The translations under genes were made by a program, and so were the position numbers. Positions 1-9,260 of a DNA stretch of 64,000 nucleotides are shown piece after piece; positions within the stretch are counted from its first letter, which is position 1; every line of letters begins with the position of its first letter. The notes beneath the pieces are model-generated. The model was not told the DNA's origin. It saw nothing but the letters and a program-made list of their open reading frames with translations, and did no database searches. The stretch covers positions 12,320-76,319 of the forward strand of contig SVIL01000001.1 of assembly GCA_015069505.1 (NCBI GenBank), given 5' to 3'. The stretch comes from Clostridiales bacterium (GTDB lineage: Bacteria; Bacillota; Clostridia; Christensenellales; Borkfalkiaceae).

Positions 1-1285
1 TTGCATTGTTGTAAACTTCACAGTTACGGAATATAGCGGTCGGGATTTTATCCCCCTTAGTTCCTATAAGAGTCGTATAGGTATCGTCAACGAGTATCAT
101 CGTGCTGGTTGCGGTAACCGTTTTGTCGCCGGCGGTTAGATATTCATACATAATGCCTAAAACGTTCTCGTCTTCATCTCTTGCAAATTCAAGATAAGTC
201 GTTGCCGTGTCTAAAATATCCAACGCTACAACGAGTTTATTTTCGCAGGAAGTATATTTAAGAACAGTCGTGCTTGTAAGTTGTACTTTACCACCGAACG
301 AACTTTCCTCGGTATCTGCAAAGAGAACGACGTTGACGTCGCCAACGCTTGCAGAAAGCATATAGGACGTTTCGTCTAATGAAATCGTGAAAGTAAATCC
401 GCCCGCCGTACCTGTGAACGTTTTGTATTCGGTAGGTTCGGAATCAAGGAAGTTTGTGTACGCTTGTTTTATAACGTTCATCACCGAATAAATTTTGCTT
501 GCGTAACTTAATGCCACGGACGTTTTGTTTAGAACGCCGTATGCAACGGAAAGTTGTTTGCCGATACCGTTTTTAGGCAACGAAGAAACGCTTGTAAAAT
601 CTTCATAGGTGGGCACGGTTGTTATGGTGCGATTTTGCGGTTCAAAAGAAGATGGAAGGAAATTCCACGGGTCCGGAACGCTACCAAACGCTTCGATGAC
701 GGTGTTTGCCAAATTCAACAGATTAATTTTTATTTCAAAATCCACGTCAAAAGACAATTCGTTGTAGTTTATGCTAGAAAAAACCACTTTAATTTGATGA
801 GTTTTTATCGTTGAAACGCCACTGGTTTGATTATTTTCAATATAATACTTAACCTCAACACCCGCAGGTAAAGTTCCCGTGTAGGTTGGAAGGTGTTTTT
901 CCCCGTCGTGGGTGATTGATTGTTCTTCGGCTACAGAAATGCCCGTTAGGGTTGCTTTATTAATCAAGAGCGTTGCCGTGAGAGTTTTTGAATTGTAGCC
1001 TTGTTTTGTCAAGGTTGCACTTGCGTTGTAAGTCCCGGCGTTTGTTCCCGTATTGTTGGTGTATTGAACGTTTGTACCTTCGGGAAGTTCCCCTTCAACG
1101 ACTACGCTAAATTCCGAGCCGTTATACGTAACCGTTTTATCGTCGAATGATATTCCCGAAAAGGATAGAAGTGGGGTAGTACCTTCATCGCCGTTTGATG
1201 GGTCGCCCCCAGAGTTGCACGCCATTAGCCCAAAAGAACATAAGAATAAAACGACGCACAACAAAATCATTAGTTTTCTTTTCAT
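1..1285 (-). CDS. Cell-surface lipoprotein, N-terminal part (ORF runs off the left edge), with MBG-like repeats
   Basis: Not in the ORF track because it is open at the window edge. ATG at 1285 follows AGGAGA (1291-1296). My translation is MKRKLMILLCVVLFLCSFGLMAC/NSGG, a signal peptide plus lipobox Cys. Downstream are KTVTYNGSEF...NAGTYNASATL...INKATLTG-type repeats. Confidence 0.6.
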   Translation of the reverse strand, partial: MKRKLMILLCVVLFLCSFGLMACNSGGDPSNGDEGTTPLLSFSGISFDDKTVTYNGSEFSVVVEGELPEGTNVQYTNNTGTNAGTYNASATLTKQGYNSKTLTATLLINKATLTGISVAEEQSITHDGEKHLPTYTGTLPAGVEVKYYIENNQTSGVSTIKTHQIKVVFSSINYNELSFDVDFEIKINLLNLANTVIEAFGSVPDPWNFLPSSFEPQNRTITTVPTYEDFTSVSSLPKNGIGKQLSVAYGVLNKTSVALSYASKIYSVMNVIKQAYTNFLDSEPTEYKTFTGTAGGFTFTISLDETSYMLSASVGDVNVVLFADTEESSFGGKVQLTSTTVLKYTSCENKLVVALDILDTATTYLEFARDEDENVLGIMYEYLTAGDKTVTATSTMILVDDTYTTLIGTKGDKIPTAIFRNCEVYNNA

Positions 1286-1357
1286 AATAATCTCCTAAAA
1301 TAGAAAAATAGTTTTTTATATTATGTATAGTGCGTAAAAATTTTACGCACTAGCATA

Positions 1358-2284
1358 TTAAGAGTTTTTGATTTTCGACCCGAGAGCGAACGGGAAAGCG
1401 AAGATTGAGAATATTAAACTTAAAACCAAGCCCAACAAGAAAAATAGTATCGATAATAGTCCGCAGATTATCCAAAGGGCGAGTTTTACGGTTAAAAGCC
1501 ATATAATACCGTCAAGGCTAAGTTCAAAAATTAAACCAAAAGGGGCTTTAAATGAACGGCAAAAGAATAGGAAGAAATCCATCACTACGCCCCACCAAAA
1601 CATTTGCGACGTGAAGGTGAAGGTGAGGATAGGTAAGACTATTGCAATCCATAGGGGCATATTCGCCGGGTTAACGAAGTATGTAATAAGGCATATGGCA
1701 AGTAATATACCTGCGATAACGCCACCCCAAATAAGACCTCTGTTTAATTCCTTTTTTTCTTCAGCGTTAAGGCGTTCCTTTTTCTCTTTTTCTTCAGCGT
1801 TATAGCGTTCCTTTCTCGCTTTAAGTTCTAATTGTTCTTGCTTTTCTTTTTCTTCGGCTATTCTTTTATCTTGCCTAGCCTTTTCTTTTTTGATTATCTC
1901 GATACAGTCTGGACAATAAAAATGTTGAATATCGGTTTTCTTAACCTTGTAATTAGGGGAAGAAGGGTTGTAAGAATAATGGGTTATCTTTCTCGTTTCA
2001 CTATTCAAAGGTTTGTTACAATTTTCGCAAAAGCACACAACTGTCTGTTGGGTGGCGGGTTGAGGTGCGGCACCTTCCGTTTGTGTGGGTGCGATTTCTA
2101 AAAACTCATTTATAGATACGTTAAATATCTCGCACATTTTTTTGATTGAATCGATATCTGGTTCACTCAAATCGTTTTCCCATTTAGAAACCGCTTGTGC
2201 CGTAACGTTCAATTTTTTCCCAAGATCCGCTTGGGTAAGTTTGCTGCCTTTTCTTAGGTCGGCAATTTTTTGTCCGTAATTCAT
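1358..2284 (-). CDS. Membrane-anchored XRE-family HTH regulator (HTH, Cys4 zinc ribbon, Glu/Lys coiled coil, multi-TM C-terminus)
   Basis: The ORF track extends to 2326 (GTG). ATG at 2284 follows GGAGAAG. MNYGQKIADLRKGSKLTQADLGKKLNVTAQAVSKWEN is an HTH_3 motif. CFCENC...CPDC is a zinc ribbon, and the tail is hydrophobic. Confidence 0.75.
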   Translation of the reverse strand: MNYGQKIADLRKGSKLTQADLGKKLNVTAQAVSKWENDLSEPDIDSIKKMCEIFNVSINEFLEIAPTQTEGAAPQPATQQTVVCFCENCNKPLNSETRKITHYSYNPSSPNYKVKKTDIQHFYCPDCIEIIKKEKARQDKRIAEEKEKQEQLELKARKERYNAEEKEKKERLNAEEKKELNRGLIWGGVIAGILLAICLITYFVNPANMPLWIAIVLPILTFTFTSQMFWWGVVMDFFLFFCRSFKAPFGLIFELSLDGIIWLLTVKLALWIICGLLSILFFLLGLVLSLIFSIFAFPFALGSKIKNS

Positions 2285-2690
2285 AAATAAAAACTTCTCC
2301 TTAAAAATTTTGTGGTGGTCGTCCACGGATTACAACACCATTATACAAATTAAACTTGCGGTTGTCAGTATTTTTCACTCAACGGTCGGTTGAATTTGAG
2401 TAAAATTAGTTGAATTTACCAAAAACTCGATAAAAAATAATAGAATACTTGTTTAAGAGCATTATAACAAATAGAATACTAATTTGCAACCAATAATTAA
2501 TATAAAACTAATAAAATAGTTGAAAAATAGTTTTTTAAAATAAGAAACTATCAAAGTTTTAGGACAGTTGTTAAATTTTTTGGCGTTTCTTCGTAAGGGT
2601 AGTAATTATAAAAACTTTTTAAGTAAATTAAAAAGCGTTTTAATTCGTTAAAGTATAGGGAATTTAGGCTTTAACGATAGAGTATATGGG

Positions 2691-3008
2691 GTGGATATGT
2701 TAGGTAAAAATATAAAAGAGTTAAGGTTGGAAAGGGGTTTGACGCAGTTAGAACTTGCGAATAAAATAGGCGTAACGCAAGGTGCGGTTTATTTTTGGGA
2801 AAAGGGCATAAACGAGCCTACCGCAGGGTACCTGATTGCTATGGCAAAGATATTTTCAGTTACCGTTGACGAGTTGTTGTCCTTTGAAAGTAGAGATATA
2901 AGTGACGGGGATAAGAGTTTGTCTGAAATCAACCGTTTGTTCTTAAGATTAAACGACAGCCAAAGAGAAGTCTTGATTTTAACGGCAAAGGAATTTTTGA
3001 AAAATTAA
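2691..3008 (+). CDS. Small XRE-family HTH transcriptional regulator
   Basis: LRLERGLTQLELANKIGVTQGAVYFWEKG is an HTH_3 motif. The start is either GTG 2691 or ATG 2697. It is divergent from the membrane XRE gene. Confidence 0.8.
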   Translation: MDMLGKNIKELRLERGLTQLELANKIGVTQGAVYFWEKGINEPTAGYLIAMAKIFSVTVDELLSFESRDISDGDKSLSEINRLFLRLNDSQREVLILTAKEFLKN

Positions 3009-3104
3009 AATAGTGTGTAAAATAAAAACTAATACTATATATTGTGGTGAGTATTAAATTTGCGGGTTTTGCTAAGAAAAACTTTAAAAACCCCTTAAAA
3101 ACGC

Positions 3105-3134
3105 TTGACTTTAAATGGCAAAATCCTATATTAT
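3105..3134 (+). promoter_or_regulatory. Sigma-A-type promoter of rplM-rpsI, followed by a roughly 130-nt leader (possible L13 leader)
   Basis: TTGACT (3105-3110), then a 16-18 nt spacer, then TATATTAT (3127-3134). The long 5' UTR before rplM is seen, but the leader family is not verified. Confidence 0.4.
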
Positions 3135-3263
3135 AGTTAGGCGTTTATAAAGGAAAGTTTGGGTTTCACGGGATTAGCCCTCTCGTTCACCTATTTCGTG
3201 TGATGGTGACAGACTTGAATTTATGCGATAATAATTACGTAAAATATTGAAGGAGAATTTACT

Positions 3264-3695
3264 ATGAAGACTTATATGGCTCACGCAGAAAACGTAGTCA
3301 GAAAGTGGTACGTGGTTGATGCTGAGGGTATGGCTCTCGGTCGTCTTGCTTCCAAAGTTGCAGCAGTGCTTCGCGGAAAGAACAAACCCACGTTTACCCC
3401 TAACGTAGATACGGGCGATTTCGTTATAGTAGTTAATTGCGATAAAGTCGTATTAACCGGCAAAAAATTAGAAAAGAAGTATTACAGATATCACACTGGA
3501 TATATCGGTGGATTAAAAGAAGTTCAGTACAAAACCCTTATGGCAACGAAGGCTGATTTAGCAGTTTACGAAGCAGTTAAAGGCATGCTTCCTAAGAACA
3601 GTCTTGGTCGTCAAATGCTTACCAAACTCAAAGTGTTCAAGGGTGCAGAACATAATCATCAGGCTCAAAAGCCCGAAGTGCTTAAATTAGTTTAA
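3264..3695 (+). CDS. rplM: 50S ribosomal protein L13
   Basis: [17 protein letters not shown]...[22 protein letters not shown] is the canonical L13 N-terminus. A GGAG ribosome-binding site is present. Confidence 0.97.
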   Translation: MKTYMAHAENVVRKWYVVDAEGMALGRLASKVAAVLRGKNKPTFTPNVDTGDFVIVVNCDKVVLTGKKLEKKYYRYHTGYIGGLKEVQYKTLMATKADLAVYEAVKGMLPKNSLGRQMLTKLKVFKGAEHNHQAQKPEVLKLV

Positions 3696-3706
3696 GAGGT
3701 GGAATT

Positions 3707-4120
3707 ATGGCTAAAACTACTACTAAAAAGAAAGTTCAATACTGGGGAACGGGCAGAAGGAAAAAGGCAGTTGCCAGAGTACGTTTGATTCCCGCAGGTG
3801 ACGGTACTATAACCATTAATAAAAAGAGCCTTGACGAATACTTTGGTCTTGACACCTTAAAGTTTATCGTTCGTCAACCGCTTGCACTTACCGACAACCT
3901 TGCTAAATACGACGTTATCGTTAACGTTTGCGGCGGCGGTTTCACCGGTCAAGCAGGTGCAATTCGTCACGGTATCTCCCGTGCACTTTTAGAGGCTGAA
4001 CCCGAAACGAGAGCAGCACTCAAAAAAGAAGGTTTCTTAACCAGAGATTCAAGAATGAAGGAAAGAAAGAAGTACGGCTTAAAGAAAGCACGTCGTGCTC
4101 CTCAATTCTCAAAGAGATAA
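3707..4120 (+). CDS. rpsI: 30S ribosomal protein S9
   Basis: [16 protein letters not shown]...[19 protein letters not shown]...[12 protein letters not shown] is the canonical S9 sequence. Confidence 0.97.
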   Translation: MAKTTTKKKVQYWGTGRRKKAVARVRLIPAGDGTITINKKSLDEYFGLDTLKFIVRQPLALTDNLAKYDVIVNVCGGGFTGQAGAIRHGISRALLEAEPETRAALKKEGFLTRDSRMKERKKYGLKKARRAPQFSKR

Positions 4121-4167
4121 TTTCGTTTCTCAGATGCACTCAATTTTTGTTGGGTGCATTTTTATTT
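4097..4167 (+). repeat. Copy 1 of a duplicated rpsI 3' end plus terminator
   Basis: GCTCCTCAATTCTCAAAGAGATAATTTCGTTTCTCA (36 nt) is identical to 4293-4328. The terminator that follows is homologous. Confidence 0.9.
4135..4163 (+). terminator. Intrinsic terminator after rpsI
   Basis: The stem is TGCACTCAA / TTGGGTGCA (one G-U pair), followed by TTTTT. Confidence 0.7.
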
Positions 4168-4292
4168 AGCAAGGGGCACGACGTAAAGACTTCCAAAAAG
4201 TATCGAAGAACTTTTTGGAAAGAGGAACAACCGTCAAAAATTTAACCAACGGCGTTCCCCCGTTGGTTTGATAATAAGACGAGTTGTGACGA

Positions 4293-4364
4293 GCTCCTCA
4301 ATTCTCAAAGAGATAATTTCGTTTCTCAAAAGCACTCAATATTATTTGGGTGCTTTTTTATTTT
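4293..4364 (+). repeat. Copy 2: non-coding relic of the last 8 rpsI codons plus a second terminator
   Basis: It contains the same 36-mer. An in-frame TGA at 4287-4289 shows it is a relic. The hairpin is AGCACTCAA/TTGGGTGCT (4331-4354) followed by a T-run, with a compensatory T-A to A-T base-pair swap relative to copy 1. Confidence 0.85.
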
Positions 4365-4438
4365 AAAAATTGTTTTTTTCACTTGTTTTGGTGGTTGGAC
4401 AAGGTTAAAAATTTATTATTTTTTGTTTGGTTTAGGCG

Positions 4439-4466
4439 TTGAAAAATTTTTTTGATATGATATAAT
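4439..4466 (+). promoter_or_regulatory. Sigma-A-type promoter upstream of the DJ-1 family gene
   Basis: TTGAAA (4439-4444), 16-nt spacer, TATAAT (4461-4466). Confidence 0.45.
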
Positions 4467-4614
4467 TAAGACAACAAAAAAATCGTAGGTGGCAGTATGC
4501 TTATCCAAAATTAAGGGCGTAACTACGGTTGAAGAATTTATCAACGCGGTGAACGAGAGTGAAATATCGGATATCGCAAAACTAAAACTTTTGGAAACTT
4601 TTTAAGGGGATATT

Positions 4615-5136
4615 ATGATTAAAGCGATAGTGTTAATAAGCGACGGTAGTGAAGAAATTGAGAGTGTTACACCCATAGACGTGTTGCGTCGTGCGGGGGT
4701 TACGGTTGACGTAGCGTCCGTTACGGGGCTTAATATAGTAGGGTCAAGGGGTATAAAAATTCAAGCGGACAAACTCGTTTGCGACGTGGATTTTGCAGAC
4801 TACGATTGCGTCGTTGTGCCAGGCGGTATGCCGGGGGCAAGGATAATATCCGAGAACGCTTTGGCGGTTAAAGGCATAAAAGAGGCATTATTCGGCGGAA
4901 AGGTTGTCGGTGCGATTTGTGCTTCGCCGGCGGTAGTTTTGGGCGAGAATAATTTGCTTGGTGGAAAGAGTGCGACTTGTTTCCCCGCCCCCGACTTCAT
5001 AAAGGTTTTGGGGGATAGATACACGGGCAAAGACGTGGAAGTTGACGGCAACTTGGTTACCGCAAACGGCCCACTATCGGCAATGGAATTTGCACTTAAA
5101 CTTTGCGAGGTCTTAAAAGTACAACCAAAACTATAA
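4615..5136 (+). CDS. DJ-1/PfpI (ThiJ) family protein
   Basis: YDCVVVPGGMPGA and the nucleophile-elbow motif GAICASPAVVL are present, and the 173-aa size fits the family. Confidence 0.85.
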   Translation: MIKAIVLISDGSEEIESVTPIDVLRRAGVTVDVASVTGLNIVGSRGIKIQADKLVCDVDFADYDCVVVPGGMPGARIISENALAVKGIKEALFGGKVVGAICASPAVVLGENNLLGGKSATCFPAPDFIKVLGDRYTGKDVEVDGNLVTANGPLSAMEFALKLCEVLKVQPKL

Positions 5137-5185
5137 AAAGTAATTACCCACGGCAAAAATAATTAGCCGTGGGGATTTTTTTGGC

Positions 5186-5214
5186 TTGAAAAGGGCAGGG
5201 TTTTGTGGTACAAT
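5186..5214 (+). promoter_or_regulatory. Sigma-A-type promoter (extended -10) of sbcDC
   Basis: TTGAAA (5186-5191), 17-nt spacer, TG-n-TACAAT (5209-5214). Confidence 0.45.
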
Positions 5215-5256
5215 ACAAGAAATTGTGGTTTGTGGCAAAATTTTTTAGGGGTAAAT

Positions 5257-6402
5257 ATGAAATTTTTTCATCTGGCAGATTTGCATCTTGGCAAAAGACT
5301 TAACGATTTTTCGTTAATAGAAGATCAACGCATAATATTAAACAAAATAGTAAGTGCGGTAAAAGAACACCGCCCCGACGGGGTAATTATTGCGGGCGAC
5401 GTTTACGACAAGAGCGTGCCGAGTGCGGAAGCCGTAGGGCTTTTTGACGATTTTTTGGTTAGCCTTGTGGGGTTAAAAGTAAAGGTTTTCGTTATAAGCG
5501 GAAACCACGATAGTGCAGAGCGTATTGCGTTTGCGTCCAAAATTATGAACGCAAGCGGGGTGTATATGTCACCCGTGTATAACGGCAAAATTCTACCCGT
5601 GGAACTTTCTGACGAGTACGGCAAACTAAACGTGTATATGTTGCCTTTCGTGAAGCCCGCCCACGTGAAGCGGTTTTTTGAAGATGTGAATATAGAGAAT
5701 TACACCGATGCCGTAAAGACGGTTATAGAGAATATGGATTTAGACCTATCGTGTAGGAACGTGCTTATATCTCATCAATTCGTTACGGGTGCAAGCGTAA
5801 GCGGTTCGGAAGACGACGTTATGACCGTTGGCGGTATGGACAACGTTGACGCAAACGTGTTTGCCCCGTTTGATTACGTAGCGTTAGGGCATATACACGG
5901 GGCACAAAACTGCGATTCAGAGCGTATTCGCTATTCGGGTACACCCCTTAAATATTCCTTTTCAGAGATAAATCACGTAAAGTCCATAACGGTAGTGGAA
6001 CTTAAAGACAAGTCGTGTCCGCCGCTTGTCAGCACCATTGATTTGGTACCGATCAGGGATTTGGTGGAATTAAAGGGGGATTTTGCAACGCTTACTTCAA
6101 AAGAGTTTTTTGGGGGCAAGACGTACGACACCGATTACGTGAAAATTGTTTTGACGGACGAGGAAGATATTCCCGATGCGGTAAACAAACTACGCACGGT
6201 GTATAAAAATCTTATGCGGTTAGAGTACGATAACACAAGGACCCGTGCCATACTCAGTATGGAAGAAGTCCCCGACGTAGAGCATAAGTCGGCAACCGAA
6301 CTGTTTAGTGAACTTTACGTTATGCAAAACGGTAGAGAGATGACGGCGGAACAGTTAGAGTTCGTTAAAGGGATTATCGAAAAGATTGAGGGGGTAGAGT
6401 AA
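5257..6402 (+). CDS. sbcD: Exonuclease SbcD (Mre11-type nuclease)
   Basis: MKFFHLADLHLGK, AGDVYD, SGNHDS and ALGHIHG are calcineurin-like phosphoesterase motifs. The track start at 5203 is a TTG extension; I chose ATG 5257. Confidence 0.9.
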   Translation: MKFFHLADLHLGKRLNDFSLIEDQRIILNKIVSAVKEHRPDGVIIAGDVYDKSVPSAEAVGLFDDFLVSLVGLKVKVFVISGNHDSAERIAFASKIMNASGVYMSPVYNGKILPVELSDEYGKLNVYMLPFVKPAHVKRFFEDVNIENYTDAVKTVIENMDLDLSCRNVLISHQFVTGASVSGSEDDVMTVGGMDNVDANVFAPFDYVALGHIHGAQNCDSERIRYSGTPLKYSFSEINHVKSITVVELKDKSCPPLVSTIDLVPIRDLVELKGDFATLTSKEFFGGKTYDTDYVKIVLTDEEDIPDAVNKLRTVYKNLMRLEYDNTRTRAILSMEEVPDVEHKSATELFSELYVMQNGREMTAEQLEFVKGIIEKIEGVE

Positions 6403-9170
6403 TGAGACCGATTTTATTAAAGATGTCTGCGTTTGGCCCGTATGCAGGTAGCGTTACACTTGACCTTGAAAAACTTGGCGAAAAGGGGCTTTATTTGGTT
6501 ACGGGTACTACGGGTGCAGGAAAAACCTCAATATTCGATGCCATTACCTACGCACTTTTCGGCGAGGCGAGTGGGGATAATAGGGACGAGAGTGTTTTTC
6601 GTTCTAAATACGCAAGCCCCGATACCCCAACCGAGGTCGAGTTGACCTTTTTATACAAGAACAAAAAATACAAGGTAAAAAGAAACCCCGAGTATGAAAG
6701 ACCGTCTAAGCGTGGGGACGGGGTTGCAAAACAAACGGCAAGGGCGGAAATCGTTTTCCCAGACGGTAGAGTGGTGGACAAAAGCAAAAAAGAAGTTACC
6801 GCTTGCGTAGAAGAAATTATGGGGATAAACCGCAACCAGTTTTTGCAAATCGCAATGATTGCACAGGGGGACTTTCTTAAACTGTTACTTGCGGATACCA
6901 ACGACAGGAAGGAAATTTTTAGGCAAATTTTTAAGACCGAAAAGTTTGAGATGGTGCAAAACTATATCAAAATGGAAGCGGGCAAGCTTTCGGATAGTTT
7001 GGAACTAGTTAGGGGTAGGCTTAAAACCTATTACGATTCTATCTTGTGTAGCCCCGACCATAGATTGATGCCAGAAATAGAAAAGGCAAGAAACCTTGAA
7101 CTTATGAGTGCGGACGTGGAAGAACTACTTAAAACGCTTATTTGCGACGACGAGGCGGAAGGGGTGGAACTTTCAAACAAGTTAAAAGAGACTGAAAGCC
7201 TTTTAGAGAGCGTAAACGCACGGCTTGCCGTTATTGCCGAGTTTAAGCAAAGCCAGATAGACCTAAACGAAAAGACTTTGGCGGTTAAAGAGTTGAAAGA
7301 CGGTATCGTGGCGGCTAAGTTGCGAAAGGAAACCGCTAAAAAGAGAGAGAACGAAAGAATAGAGGCGGACGAGAAGATTGCGGTTATAAACAGTCAACTT
7401 GACAGATACGACCGCTTGGATAAGTTGGTTACTGAAATCGCCCGAGACTTATCTTTTGCCAGTGAAAAAGAAAATATATCTTCATCGGCAAAAGAAAGGC
7501 TATCAGAGCATGAAAAGAGTTTGTTTATCGCAAAACAAAACTTATCTAAGTTAGAGAACGCAGGTGCTTCGAAAGAGAGATTAGAAGCAGAAAAACAAGC
7601 CCTTATTAAGACGATGGGCGAATTTGACGAGTATAGTCTGTCTTATGAAAAGTTAATCGCAGACGAGTTATCGTTAAAAGGGATACGAGAGAATTATAAG
7701 TTGCTATATAACGATTATACGGCAAAGGAAAAAGCGTTCGTAGATTATAACAAAGCCTTTCTTGACGGGCAGGCGGGGATAATCGCAAGCGGCTTAGAGG
7801 ACGGCGTGCCTTGTCCCGTGTGCGGTTCTACTACCCACCCGAACCCAGCGAAAAAGCCCGTGGGTGAATTGAAAGAAGAAGTGCTTAAAAGCCTTAAAAA
7901 CAGCACGGAACAAGCACTTGCCAAGGCAAACGAAGAAAGCCTTAAAGCGAGTGAGCTTGGCGGAAAGATAAATTCCCAAAAAGAGACGCTTGTCAAAAAG
8001 TTGTTTGAACTAACCGGCGAAAAAGACATTGAAAATTCTGCCGAAGTGGTTAAAGAAAAGTATAAGCAGTTGAAGGAAAGACAAGAAAATATAGAAAAAC
8101 TGCTTGAAGTTGAAAGGAAAAACCTTTTGGAAAAACAGCGGCTTGACGCTTTTGTCCCCGAAGAAGAGAAAAAGTGTGAACAAATGCGGCAAAGGCTTGT
8201 CGAGATGGATAAAGAAGTGGTTGCACTAAGGTCTGGTGCTGGCGAAAAGACTTTGACCGTAGATAATATGAAAAAGGAACTATCTTATCCGTCAAAGGCA
8301 GAGGCTCTTTTAGGGCTTAAAGGGCTTAGAGAAAAGAGCGAAAATATTAAAGCCGAAATTGAGAATTCTGAGAAAGAATTTTTGGAATTAGAGGGTCGTT
8401 TGGGCGTGCTTAACGGCGAGATAGCGTCGCTTAAAAAGATAGTTGAGGGCAAATCGGCTAGCGATGAACAACCGCTTGCGGACGAACAGGCAAGGCTTAA
8501 TAGCGTTAAAGAGGGCGTTGTGCGTGATAAAGAAGCGGTGGGGTATAGGATATCTTCAAACAAGAAGTGTTTGGAAAATATTATCGCTACCGCAAAAGAG
8601 AGCAAGGATATAGAAAATAAATACGCGTGGGTAAAAAATCTTTCGGACACGGCGAACGGAACGCTTAGCGGAAAGGAAAAGATTATGCTTGAAACTTTCG
8701 TTCAGACTGGGTATTTTGATAGGATTTTGAGGCGTGCGAACGTTAGACTTAATAAGATGACGGGCGGTCAGTACGACCTTGTAAGAAGAAAACAAGCCGT
8801 AAGCCATAGAACTCAGATAGGGCTTGATATAGACGTAATCGACCATTATAACGGGTCAATTCGCCCGGTTAATTCTCTGTCGGGTGGCGAGTCGTTTAAG
8901 GCGTCGCTATCACTTGCACTTGGGCTTTCGGACGAGATACAAGCAACTTCTGGTGGGGTAGAACTCGACACTATGTTCGTTGACGAGGGGTTTGGAAGTT
9001 TGGACGACGAGTCGCTTAGCCTTGCGATATCCACGCTTAACGAACTTGCCGACGGGAATAGACTTGTGGGGATAATATCGCACGTGAACGAACTTAAAAA
9101 CAGGATTGACAAGCAAATAGTCGTCACTAAGGAAAAGTCGGGCGGAAGTTCGGTCAAGATTATAGTGTAA
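6402..9170 (+). CDS. sbcC: Exonuclease SbcC (Rad50-type SMC ATPase)
   Basis: Walker A is GTTGAGKTS. There are long coiled coils with a CPVCG zinc hook. The signature motif is LSGGESF and Walker B is MFVDEGFGSLD. The start overlaps the sbcD stop (TAATG). Confidence 0.9.
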   Translation: MRPILLKMSAFGPYAGSVTLDLEKLGEKGLYLVTGTTGAGKTSIFDAITYALFGEASGDNRDESVFRSKYASPDTPTEVELTFLYKNKKYKVKRNPEYERPSKRGDGVAKQTARAEIVFPDGRVVDKSKKEVTACVEEIMGINRNQFLQIAMIAQGDFLKLLLADTNDRKEIFRQIFKTEKFEMVQNYIKMEAGKLSDSLELVRGRLKTYYDSILCSPDHRLMPEIEKARNLELMSADVEELLKTLICDDEAEGVELSNKLKETESLLESVNARLAVIAEFKQSQIDLNEKTLAVKELKDGIVAAKLRKETAKKRENERIEADEKIAVINSQLDRYDRLDKLVTEIARDLSFASEKENISSSAKERLSEHEKSLFIAKQNLSKLENAGASKERLEAEKQALIKTMGEFDEYSLSYEKLIADELSLKGIRENYKLLYNDYTAKEKAFVDYNKAFLDGQAGIIASGLEDGVPCPVCGSTTHPNPAKKPVGELKEEVLKSLKNSTEQALAKANEESLKASELGGKINSQKETLVKKLFELTGEKDIENSAEVVKEKYKQLKERQENIEKLLEVERKNLLEKQRLDAFVPEEEKKCEQMRQRLVEMDKEVVALRSGAGEKTLTVDNMKKELSYPSKAEALLGLKGLREKSENIKAEIENSEKEFLELEGRLGVLNGEIASLKKIVEGKSASDEQPLADEQARLNSVKEGVVRDKEAVGYRISSNKKCLENIIATAKESKDIENKYAWVKNLSDTANGTLSGKEKIMLETFVQTGYFDRILRRANVRLNKMTGGQYDLVRRKQAVSHRTQIGLDIDVIDHYNGSIRPVNSLSGGESFKASLSLALGLSDEIQATSGGVELDTMFVDEGFGSLDDESLSLAISTLNELADGNRLVGIISHVNELKNRIDKQIVVTKEKSGGSSVKIIV

Positions 9171-9260
9171 AAAAGATATTGAAATTATTTTAATTTTTAA
9201 TGACATTATCAAATAAATGTGTTACAATAATAAAAAATATACGTGAGGACTTTTAACGAT

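Noticed and set aside
554-814. An 86-aa plus-strand ORF from the track.
   Set aside because: It lies entirely inside, and antisense to, the long minus-strand lipoprotein ORF (1-1285). Its sequence is basic and low-complexity, and it has no ribosome-binding site.
4489-4602. A 37-codon GTG-initiated ORF (…KGVTTVEEFINAVNESEISDIAKLKLLETF) in the leader of the DJ-1 gene.
   Set aside because: It has no Shine-Dalgarno sequence and only a weak start. It could be a gene remnant or simply 5' UTR, and there is not enough evidence to call it a CDS.
9201-9226. An imperfect palindrome, TGACATTATCAAATAAATGTGTTACA, upstream of glnA, considered as a GlnR/TnrA box.
   Set aside because: The half-sites read ACA...TGT rather than the TGTNA-N7-TNACA consensus, and the spacing does not fit.
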